Assembly: GCA_002269645.1 (NCBI GenBank)
Contig: NIVC01003106.1
Location: forward strand, 55,100 to 119,099
Reading direction: 5' to 3'
Length of the DNA stretch: 64,000 nt
From: Macrostomum lignano
Taxonomy: Eukaryota
This document shows, piece by piece, positions 1-10,756 of the stretch. Position 1 is the first letter of the stretch; each line of letters opens with the position of its first letter. Under the pieces are notes generated by a model that was given only the letters and a program-made list of their open reading frames with translations, searched no databases and was not told the DNA's origin. The position numbers were made by a program, and so were the translations under genes.

Positions 1-562
1 ATAAGAGCAGCTAGCTACTGTAGGCATATCTGTAGCTGCCGTAAGCACCTATTTTACCATATTTGCCATAGGATCCTATAGCTGTAGCTACAGCTATAGT
101 GGAACACTAGCATTTTAATAATCTTGGCCTGAGCAATCGTACTAGTATCTGTACTTTCCAAATTCAGGCATTACTAAGATAAAGGGGTCACAGTAAAACT
201 CTTAGTATTTCTCTCTGGATCTCTTCCCAATTCTCTCTCTAAGCAAACTTTTTTAAACTGTTCGTCAACTTTGACAAATGAATAACTCTTAACTTGAAAG
301 CTCTAAGATTGTATAGGTTGAACTGCTTGCAAATGATTGCTCACAGAATAGACTGATAGTAATGCAGTGGGCAGTTGGTTTATTTGACACTATTTATACC
401 CACATTTCCCCAATACAATTATAACAAAAATTATTGTACAAATTTATTTCATGTATTGAAACAAACTATTTACCATATTAAAACAAAATATTTGGTGCAT
501 CTAAACAAACTAGTTTTAAGCATCTTACATAGATTTGATTTCTTAGAAAAGATATAATATAT

Positions 563-1595
563 TGTGGCAGGTGGCTGCCCCTGGTTTAAATAATATTTAT
601 TTACTCATTCAATTTAATAGACATTTATTAACTTTCAAAATTTGGTGCTTTTCCTTTTACGATAAGTGCAAGCCATTTTTTTGTTTTCCCATGTAGGGCC
701 AAGTTACCGAAAATTTTGTCACGCACCCCATCTTGCAATGGGATATTTTAATCTCCACCCCGTGCCAACTTGCTATCCCTTCATTCCCTTTTTGCATACC
801 ACATTTAATTGCATGTATTTTCATTACTCTGCCATCGCTGGACCAGACGGGTTTCGTATGCTTTCCTTAATCTGGTCCAGCGGCAAACTTTACGTCACGT
901 TTACTTATAAAATGTGCATCTGTTTGTGTTTTGGTTTAACCTCCACCTCCACCTCCTCCTCCTCCTCCTCCACCTACTTTTCCCTCCATTTTGACGTGTT
1001 AGTTTAATTCGGTACTCCTTCTGCTTACTCTTTTAGTTTTATTTCATTTTAATTAATTGTCGCACCGCGGCCCACCGAAGCTCATCCTCGTCAGTAATAA
1101 TAATCTATTCATCCTGCTCAATAAATCCCAACAAATAAAGAAATAATATCGATTCAATTTATTAATACATTAATAGGTGACTTTAAGCCGTAGCCTATCT
1201 TGAATCTTTTGCCCGTGGGGCATAAAATAACCAAGTTTCCTCAGCTAAAGAAAAGCTCCGAGACTTATCCATTCCGTAATACGTAAATTACAGTGGTGGC
1301 AGCTCTACCCTACTGGAAGTAATAAGCTCAGCAAAACGACACATTAACTACGGTGCCTACATTTCCGGTGTTTTCATCGCTTTGAACGACCGGCCGCTAC
1401 ACAACCACTCTGCTACGAGTATGACTACCCTCCCCCGGACTTGGGGACCCCGGCTGTTGGAGTAAAAGGAGAAGATTACGTTGTGATTCGTCTGCGCAAA
1501 ATTTCCGGCTTTACTTGTGCGAATGCAATGCTACCGGGTTTACACGAAAACCGGCCAACTTTCAACTTTGTCAATTCTTCTCCACCCCCACCTCA
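563..1595 (+). repeat. 5' LTR
   Basis: Starts TGTGGCAGG and ends CCACCTCA; aligns along its whole length with 9316-10350. Confidence 0.93.
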
Positions 1596-1596
1596 C

Positions 1597-1617
1597 TGGT
1601 GTCAGCTAAGTGGGATT
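1597..1617 (+). promoter_or_regulatory. Primer binding site, tRNA-Leu type, with a 2-nt insertion
   Basis: TGGTGTCAG(CT)AAGTGGGATT lies 1 nt after the LTR; it is complementary to the tRNA-Leu 3' end AATCCCACTTCTGACACCA. Confidence 0.85.
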
Positions 1618-1661
1618 ACGAAACGCCAAAACCCTTCAACGAGTCGTTCAAACGCTACACT

Positions 1662-3065
1662 ATGGCTTCAACTAATGATCCAACGGCCGCAGACGCAACA
1701 GCCGACGCCGCAGGCCCCGACAACTCAACTACTAGACCGACCTATGACAAGATGATTTGTGCAGTGACCGATGAGGTGCACCGGAGACTGGAGCAGACTA
1801 GCCTGGGCCAGCTGCAACACCATCACTATGTGTGCCAGCAGCCCCAGCAGCAGGATCGAGCTCCAGCGCCAAAACCAGTCAAGATCCAGTGGTACACGCC
1901 CAACCAGAAATTTGACGTCTGGATCAAGGCTCTCAAAGAGCGATGCAAGCTCAACAGGATCAATGACGACAGACAAAAGAAGGCAGAGGTCCTCGTGAAT
2001 CTGGACATCGCCACAGCCTACCCTGCAGTTGTCAGGATGGAGTTTGGTGAGTTCAAACAACAATTGTCTAAGCGTTTTACGCATGTCGCCGACACGCTGG
2101 AGTACCGGGAGCAATTTCGAAGCTGCCAGCAAGGCAAGAACGAGAGTGTGGACAACTACGGCGACCAACTAATTGCTTTGGCCGATTGAGCGTTCCCGCA
2201 TTTTACCCCAGTTCAGAAGCAGGTTGAACTGGTGGATCAGTTCACTGTGGGAGTGCGGATTGCTCAGTTGGCCCGAGAACAGCTAATCCTGGTGCAATCC
2301 CCAAATCTGACCGCAGCGAGACGGGCCGTGCTACGCCTGGAGACAGCAGCTAGCATGGCTCAGCGTATAGCACTGCCGCCAGCAGCGAGACACGTCCGGG
2401 TTCTTGAGGATGACAACGATCAGATGCCCACTGTGGTGCAACACGACAAGTCATCTCGGCCCAAGGAAAACTGGTTGCGAGAAGTCATGGAACAAGCTGA
2501 GACACAGCAAGAGCAGCGACGCCTACTTGAAACTTTGAGTAATGCGATGCGAGAGTTCTACTCGCGGGGATTGCGCAACAACGACACCCCGGAGCCATGG
2601 GAACCTTGACACCAGTCGCGGGACTCGTAGGACCAACGCTCTAGATGTCTAGTACATCCGACACCTCGCCGCAGTGCCGACGGAAGTGCCCAATTTACAA
2701 CGCCCAGCAAAAAGAACTGTGCCGCACGACCAGTTCCAGCGACTTCAGCAACCAAAAGACGGCAGCAACCCGCCACCGAGAACCCGCCAGCAGGAGGTCA
2801 ACATTGACAGCAACAGCTGCAGCAGCAGCTGCAGCAGCAGCTGCAGCAGCAGCAACAGCAGCAACAATCAAGTTCAAGACCGCTGCCCTATCAGTTGCGA
2901 CGGCAAAGTGCAATGTGCTACAGGTGCAACTGCGAGCATTGCGCTGACAAATGCCCGCACTGACGGTCGGCCAGCACTGCGTCCCAGCACAACAGCAGCT
3001 TGGGAAACGGGATGGCTGGACGTGCCATCAGGGGCAGCACCATCCAGCAGCCGTGCCAGCACTAA
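1662..3065 (+). pseudogene. gag: gag: capsid-like region, polyQ tract, CX2CX3HX4C knuckle
   Basis: One frame from ATG 1662 to TAA 3063, with in-frame stops at 2187, 2607, 2628, 2805 and 2961. Motifs: CQQGKNESVDNYGDQL and CYRCNCEHCADKC (from 2916). Confidence 0.85.
3002..3048 (+). promoter_or_regulatory. -1 ribosomal frameshift signal (G GGA AAC plus downstream stem/pseudoknot)
   Basis: The heptamer is in the gag frame and pol lies in the -1 frame; a GATGGC/GCCATC stem sits at 3011-3029. Confidence 0.7.
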
Positions 3066-6000
3066 AGTCCCCACCGCAGACTTTAGTCGCTCAGCAGGCC
3101 ACTGCTGAGCCCGCCTCCGCCGCACCTGTACAGAGCTTTGCACCCAAGCGACCTCAAATAGATCCGTTTTTAACTGGTGAGATTCAGGGTCATTATTTTG
3201 CTTTTCTACTTGACACCAGTTCTAAGTGCGAAGTCCTAGGCTTCAGCACCTGGCATCGCCTATGTACTGATGACCCAACCCTGTGTGGCCAAATCAAGCC
3301 CTGCCTACAGCGCATCGTGACCTACAATGGTGAACCAATTCAGATGGCAGGAGAATTAACCATTAAAGTGAAGATTGGGAATTTCGAGCCTACAGTCAAG
3401 TTTCTGCTAGCGAAAGGATCTCATGACAACATCCTGGGTTTCGAGTTTCTGGAGAAGTACAGCACCTCACTGGATCTCGCCGCTGGGATGCTATTCTTCA
3501 AGGACGGCACTGCTGCACCACTCCGTTACACACGAACAGAAGCGACAACGTCCAGAATTTACACGGCTGAGAGCACAACCGTGCCGCCGCTATCATCAGC
3601 CCGAATCAAGATTAAACTTGCCAAAGGACAAGAGAACCAGGGTATACCCGCCATGATCGAGCCGTTGAAACCGGCTCGGCGCGAAGAAGATGTGCAGCAC
3701 CTGGACGCCGCGCCTGCCCTGATATCTATGGCCAATGGAGAAGGTGCTATCAAGATGATTAATCGGGGAACAACATCAATCAAAGTACAAGCGAATGCCT
3801 TAGTCGGGATTGCTAGACCCATCAGACTGCCTGAGTTACAGTTCTTCCCGCTGCTGAAGCCAGAAGACTTGGTCAATCAAATCCAAGACAAAGATCCTGA
3901 TGCTTGGATCAAGGAGATTGACATCAGGGAAGATCTCAAGCTCAAGTCATCGAGCTATTGAAGAAGTACAAGACCATCTTCTCTCAGGGGCCACACGATC
4001 TCGGCCAAACCCACCTGGTCACCCACAGTATTGTGCTAAAGGACACGAATCCGGTGCATCTGCCAACTCGCCGGATCCCGCCGCATCTGCTACCCAAAGT
4101 GGACCAGCTACTCGATGATCTGTTGGCCAAAGGCGTGATTTGACCGAGCTTCTCCAGCTACAACACTTTGCTGGTGATCATCCCGAAGAAGGATGGCAGC
4201 CTGCGAATTGTGCAAGATTTCCAGAGTCTGAATCAAAAGTGCGAGTATTTTCCGTACCCGATTCCTAACATCCAAGAAGCATTTGCCAGCCTTGAGCGAA
4301 GCCAGCTATTCAGCACATTCGACCTCAATAGCGGCTACTATCAGATTCCGCTGCGTCCAGAAGATCAGGATCTGACTGCCTTTGCTACGCTGCACTGCGG
4401 ACAATTTGCCTACAAGGTCATGCCTATGGGGCTAAGTTTAGCGCCAGCCAGCTTCATGCGCCTCATGAATGCTATACTCAATGGGATTACCTACAAAAGC
4501 GCAATAGCCTACCTGGATGACGTAATCGTTTATTCTAAGAAATTTAACAACCATCTGCTCTATATGGAAGAGGTATTTAAGTGAACTCAAGATGCTAATT
4601 TAAAGTTTAAAGGCAAGAAATGTCATCTATTTCGGACCAGTTTAAACTATCTGGGACACGTTGTAACAAAGGATAGAATCAAGACTGACCCGGCAAAAAT
4701 CGAAGCTATTCAAACTTGGCCAAGACCAAAAACAGCTTGGCAACTGAAAAGTTTTGTCTGCACTTGCACTTATTATGCTAAATTTGTACCTGGCTACGCA
4801 GAACTTGCTGCTCCGCTTCACGATCTGATTAAGGAGAAGAAGATCCGAAATTTCAATTGTCTATGGGGAAAAGCCCAGCAAGACGCATTCGACTAGTTCA
4901 AGGCAGCTATGACTTTGACATCAGTGCTTGCGTATCCGCAGTTCAGCGAAGATCCGAATGTAATATTTGTCCTGGACACGGATACTTCTGCGACCAGAAT
5001 CGGAGCCTGCCTGAGCCAACAGAGTCCAACGGCGAGGCTACGCCGCCAGCAACATTGACAGCCGATAGCAAGTCGCTGACAGTGCTGCACCCGCCGGCAA
5101 CGAAGCCGAGGCCATCAGCCAGCCGTCTGCGAGACTCTCAGAGGTCGCCCACCAGTTTTAGCAGTACGACATGTTGCCCATCAAGGAGCCGCCGTCTACT
5201 AGCTGAAGGCGACGGGGACAGCGACCACAGTGCAGCCAGCAACGACTGCTGCCAACCCGTTTGCTATCCTGTGTTCAAAAAGGTGAGATTTAGCCTCGAC
5301 GCCGATAGCTCTGCTGACTCACTCTCATCTGTTGACGAATCCAATGCTGACGACACCGACGCCAAACTGACTGATGAGGATTGGCCTTCAAATCCTTCAA
5401 CGACCCAGCAACCGGCCAGAGTGGCAGTCGTGCGGAGGGAGCTCCAGACCCTGAACCATGATGCCACAGCCGAAGACACGCCGTCTAATTTGACTAACCG
5501 ACGCCAAGCCTTGAATCTAACTGATCACATCCCAAGGCCAATCACTCGTGAGGAGCTCCAGACTCACCAGCATGCTGATTCTGCCAGCATGATGATGATC
5601 AACCTTATCGAAAGTCGACAACCGAAGCCGCCGCTGAATCAGCGGTTAAATCTGACAAGAGATGAGCAAAATCTCTTAGCATTTTACGAACTGCTAGAGG
5701 TCCGAGACGATGGACTTTTAGTCATCCATCTTAACAATGTCGCTGAAGAGGACACAGCGAGGATCATCCTGCCAAAGAGTCTCAATGCCACGGTGTTCGC
5801 TGACCTGCATGGTTCGCCTACTGCGGACACATGGGCCGAGATCTCACCATCGCGAAGGTGCGCGAGAGGTTCTGGTGACTGGCCCTGGCCAAGGCCATGT
5901 CCAACTATGTCGCTTCCTGCCAGACCTGCACTCAGAGCAAAGGACGGCGACGCATCCCAGCGCATGTACAATCATTTCCGGTCTGCGAAATCTATGGGCA

Positions 6001-7073
6001 ATTCGTGATTGACATCATGGGCCCCACTGGAGACCCGACAGACCGAGGCAACAAGTACATCCTCACCTATGTCGACACGACATCGAAGTATCCATTTGCC
6101 TTCGCCATGAAGAATCAGCGGGCCAAGACGATCATAACTCTGCTCCAAGAACAAGTCTTCCCGATCACCAGAATCCCTGCATGGATCCATTCGGATCAAG
6201 GCAAGCAGTTCACCAGGCACGAGTTTCAACATTTCTGCGAAGTCTATGGCATTTAGCAAACGACAATGCCGCCATACTCGCCTTGGGCCAACGGACAAGC
6301 TAAATCGTACAATAAAAACATCAAAAAAGTGCTCACTTGTCTCCTGGAAGATCACCAACAATGGGAAAAGATGTTGCCAGCCACTTTGACAGCCCTGCGA
6401 TCTGCAGTCAACTGTACGACGGGTTTCTCGCCGCATTACGTCGTCTACGGAGTGCCCTATCGGTACCAATTGATAACACCCTAGACTGCCTGGACGTATC
6501 GCCGGACCTCCCTGAGTACATCGCAAAGCATCAGCGCAGACTGGCTGAGATCAAAAGAATTGTACGACAGCGATTGCGACTGAGATTTAACGCCGCAAAG
6601 AGTACTATGAAAACCGGCCTAAGCCCATGGAACTGCAGCCTGGAGACCTGGTCTGCCTGGCCAACCCGAAGCTCAAATTGGGAGAGCTGCCAAAGTTTCA
6701 CTGGCCATACAAGAGCTTGTACAAAGTCAACAGAAAGGTCGGCGAAGTAGCCTATTGGATCCAGCCAGCGACAGCCCTTTGAGGACACCCCGCTGAGATG
6801 TTGGTGCACTGCAACAACATCATCAAAGTGCCGCAAATGATGGTAAATCGACCGCAGGCGCCGCCGCGCCAAACCAAGCGGCCAATGTTGCCCTACGAGT
6901 CGAGCGACGACAGCGAAGTCGACCCAGCCAATCAGCCCACTCCTGAACAACCAGCCGCAGCTTAGCCTGACATGCGCAGCAGCCAATTGTTCGAGCCAAG
7001 CCCCCACCATCCGGAAGTGCTGCCCAAAGGCGACCCGGATTTGCCTGATATCGGTGCGGAGATTGAAGTTTGA
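3002..7073 (+). pseudogene. pol: pol polyprotein (protease, RT, truncated RNase H, integrase)
   Basis: Protease FLLDTS; RT IPKKDGSLR, DLNSGYYQI, MPMGL, YLDD, YLGH; RNase H start LDTDTS; integrase zinc finger, IDIMGP, HSDQGKQF, PWANGQA; GPY/F-like HWPYK. Multiple stops and frameshifts. Confidence 0.95.
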
Positions 7074-7208
7074 AAGGTAATTACCAATGCATTTTATGTC
7101 GCGCCAAGTTGCTAACTTTTGATGCACGTTACTATTAGTAGTTGATTTTGCGAACGCATTCCAATTTTTTAATTTTGCCGTAAGCTTTCTCTGCACCTGC
7201 TCTGTGCT

Positions 7209-7478
7209 GAAAGCAGTTTTTTATATTTTAATTTCAATGTACTTTCCTTATGCTTCAGGGTTAAAAGCAATTCTCATTTTCCTTATGCTTTCAGGTAAAA
7301 GCAGGTGTCAAATTTTAATTTCAATGTACTTTCCTTATGCTTTAGGGTTAAAAGCAATTCTCATTTTCCTTATGCTTTTAGGTAAAAGCAGGCATCAAAT
7401 TTTAATTTCAATGTACTTTCCTTATGCTTCAGGGTTAAAAGCAATTCTCATTTTCCTTATGCTTTTAGGTAAAAGCAG
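7209..7478 (+). repeat. 87-bp tandem repeat x~3 in the retrotransposon 3' non-coding region
   Basis: Three near-identical units, each made of two related TTCCTTATGCTT(T/C)AG...AAAAGCA halves. Confidence 0.9.
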
Positions 7479-8576
7479 TGTGTATTTGATCAGTTTCGTG
7501 CTCATGTACAGTGTATAATTTGCTATTATCCAACGCGGTTCATTAATCAGCACTTCTGCTCTTCATATTTCTCCCTTTGCTGCAGTAAAGCCTGCGCTAA
7601 TGCAACTTATTTAATCAATGCGTTAAATTTTTATTCAATGTGATACTATAAAATCATTGCTTAATTGCATTCTCATCTAATTTTGCGCCTCCCCATTTGC
7701 TATAAACTTCTTGCACGCGATCAAAGTGCAGAAGTGTCCCAATTTTCTTGCCTTAAGCCTTTCGGAGAAAAGCAACTAATTTTTGCAAACTTTGCAGTTA
7801 GTTTCATGCTGAAGGTCCCTCTCTTCTATTTGTGTGCCCACTGCCTAAGGGCCAAACTGTCATTTGCCCCACCTAGGTCAAGAGCCCAGTTTTCCAACTA
7901 GGCCTTGTCCTCAGTGGAGGCCTTTTGAGGTGACTCGACCCCTGTTTTCTTTGTTCAATTTAGTTTGAGCCTGGGAAAATTTCGTGAGGGCTGACTTTTG
8001 TTTCCCCTCTCCCAGTGCCAGTCGTTTGCTCTTGTTTTCCTGTAACTCCTTGTTGAGCCCACCAGTTTGACAATTTTGGTCACTAACTTACTTATACTAT
8101 ATTATCTTAGCTATAAGGAGCCACAATTGCTCCCTCTTTCTATCTATTTTTCTATTTACTGTTTAACGCGATGTTCAGCTTTCCCAACCACCAACCCGTT
8201 TAATGTGAGCCGCTTAGGTGCCCCCAATTCATTCAAATCAGGAACCCTGCCGCGTGTTTACCTGTTTTATAGCCTTTTGGATTTAACCACCCACCCCTTC
8301 ACCATGCATGCCCGCCATAGAGTGCATGCAGGGTGGAGGCCTGTTCCCAGTTAGGGACCCCTCATTTCCATCTGCGTGACGGTATTCTGAGTATATAAGT
8401 CGCACCCTGGCTCTGATTCTTTTTCTAATTGTTAATTATCCGGCTTGCCACTTATATTCAGCCGACATCATTCGATTGTGACCAATTGACTAATCCATTA
8501 ATCCGGCGACCGGGCTCAACTTCATTTGTCTCGTCGCCATGCCCGATCATGGAGTGCTGGCACCCCCGACTGGCGG

Positions 8577-9263
8577 ATGTTCAACATCCCAATAATTTCT
8601 GGGCCATCCGAGCTCCACACACCTCCTGCGCCCGCCCCAAGCCCGGACGTCGGAGTCGAGCAGTACCTGGACCTAGTCCACGCCACGCCTGCGCTGGAGG
8701 CCGACGACACCGATTTCTTGTGGCTGCTAGAGTACGGCCCCGAAGTCACGCCACCATCTGCCTGGTCAAGCACCTCCAGCCAGGCCTACTCGGAGGCGTC
8801 GGGCACCTCAGCCTTGGAAGCAGCCCCAATGGCCAGTGTGGAGCCGGCCCAAATGCTCCAGGAACTACTTTACCTGGAATTGCTGCATCCCCAGGAGCCG
8901 AGACATGTTAACGATTGTCGGACTTGGGACATTGTGGCCCGCCAGCATTCAGCCGCCGACACCACCCTGGCGCTCGAGGCCGAGGTGGCCCTAACGGGTC
9001 TCTGGCTGCAAGCTGAGACCACTGGCCCACAGCTGGGACCCTGTTGCACACTTGTTGCTCGATATGTGGAGCATGTCTGGCAACGCGGCATCCCGCCGGT
9101 CATTGATAACCCGTGCAGAGTGGCCCGAGTAGCGAGCTCGTCCGCTCAGTCGAACCTAAGCGAGACGCCGAGTGAGACGCCGGCTGTGACGTCGACCGAG
9201 GACCGCAGCTCTCGCCCTCCGACTCGCGGCCGGGCACCCACCAGCCAAGGCGGACGTCAGTGA
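8577..9263 (+). CDS. Extra ORF (228 aa, unknown function) inside the Gypsy element
   Basis: Uninterrupted GC-rich ORF between pol and the 3' LTR; TATATAAG at 8392-8399; no recognisable domain. Confidence 0.5.
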   Translation: MFNIPIISGPSELHTPPAPAPSPDVGVEQYLDLVHATPALEADDTDFLWLLEYGPEVTPPSAWSSTSSQAYSEASGTSALEAAPMASVEPAQMLQELLYLELLHPQEPRHVNDCRTWDIVARQHSAADTTLALEAEVALTGLWLQAETTGPQLGPCCTLVARYVEHVWQRGIPPVIDNPCRVARVASSSAQSNLSETPSETPAVTSTEDRSSRPPTRGRAPTSQGGRQ

Positions 9264-9315
9264 TTGACAATAGGAGTACTGTAATTTTGCTTGCAAATCC
9301 TGACCCGCCCGTGCT

Positions 9316-10350
9316 TGTGGCAGGTGGCTGCCCTTGGTTTTAATAATATTTATTTACTCATTCAATTTAATAGACATTTATTAACTTTCAAAATTTGGTG
9401 CTTTTCCTTTTACGATAAGTGCAAGCCATTTTTTTGTTTTCCCATGTAGGGCCAAGTTACCGAAAATTTTGTCACGCACCCCATCCCGCAATGGGATATT
9501 TTAATCTCCACCCCATGCCAACTTGCTATCCCTTCATTCGCCTTTTTGCATACCACATTTAATTGCATGTATTTTCATTACTCTGCCATTGCTGGACCAG
9601 ATGCGTTTCGTATGCTTTCCTTAATCTGGTCCAGCGGCAAACTTTACGTCACGTTTACTTATAAAATGTGCATCTGTTTGTGTTTTGGTTTAACCTCCAC
9701 CTCCACCTCCTCCTCCTCCTCCTCCACTACTTTTCCCTCCATTTTGACGTGTTAGTTTAATTCGGTACTCCTTCTGCTTACTCTTTTAGTTTTATTTCAT
9801 TTTAATTAATTGTCGCACCGCGGCCCACCGAAGCTCATCCTCGTCAGTCATAATAATCTATTCATCCTGCTCAATAAATCCCAACAAATAAAGAAATAAT
9901 ATCGATTCAATTTATTAATACATTAATAGGTGACTTTAAGCCATAGCCTATCTTGAATCTTTTGCCCGTGGGGCATAAAATAACCAAGTTTCCTCAGCTA
10001 AAGAAAAGCTCCGAGACTTATCCATTCTGTAATACGTAAATTACAGTGGTGGCAGCTCTACCCTACTGGAAGTAATAAGCTCAGCAAAACGACACATTAA
10101 CTACGGTGCCTACATTTCCAGTGTTTTCATTGCTTTGAACGACCGCGCCGCTACACAACTGCTCCGCTACGAGTATGACTACCCTCCCCCAGGACTTGAG
10201 GACCCCGGCTGTCGGAATAAAAGGAGAAGATTACATTGTGATTTGCCTACGCAAAATTTCCGGCTTTACTCGTGCGAATGCAGTGCTACCAGGTTTACAC
10301 AAAAACTGGCCAACTTTCAACTTTGTCAATTCTTTTCCACCCCCACTTCA
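9316..10350 (+). repeat. 3' LTR
   Basis: Direct repeat of 563-1595 running TGTGG...CTTCA; no PBS follows it. Confidence 0.93.
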
Positions 10351-10538
10351 TTATTCAAGTATTATTGTTACATTGATTTAAATATAAAATATTCAAATAG
10401 CACTATTGTATATATTTTGAATATTCCATATATTATTGTTTGTTTGTTTGCTAGTTGTGTCCTAGGCCTACCTTGTATCCTAGGCCTATCATATTCTGCC
10501 TGTTTCCCAAATCTGGATCATGCTTAGTGCATGCCTAA

Positions 10539-10756
10539 ACAAAAATTAAATAGTTATAAACATGCTTGGGCGCAACCTTGGGATTCACCCGGCCGTTTCT
10601 ATTGGCAACACATGCATGTAAGTCGCTATTGGCTGAGAGCAGTCACGTGACTACTGTTCTGTCCAATAGTGACTTACATGCGTGTGTTGCCAATAGAAAC
10701 GGCCGGGTGAATCCCAAGGTTGCGCCCAAGCATGTTTATAACTATTTAATTTTTGT
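10539..10756. mobile_element. ~218-bp near-perfect palindromic (foldback/MITE-like) element, copy 1
   Basis: The arms are reverse complements around a central GTCACGTGAC; a related copy lies at 47645-48753. Confidence 0.8.

Larger units (their letters stand above)
563..10350 (+). mobile_element. Ty3/Gypsy LTR retrotransposon, full length, inactivated
   Basis: Two ~1.03 kb direct repeats with TG...CA ends, a PBS after the first, and gag then PR-RT-(RH)-IN in Gypsy order, with many stops and frameshifts. Flanks ATAT/TTAT match only 3 of 4. Confidence 0.95.

Noticed and set aside
1421-1661. ORFs running from the LTR U5 through the PBS into gag
   Set aside because: Differences between the two LTRs are non-synonymous in both open frames and include indels, so there is no sign of coding constraint; gag most plausibly starts at ATG 1662.
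8577-9263. env gene
   Set aside because: No signal peptide, furin site, fusion peptide or TM anchor.
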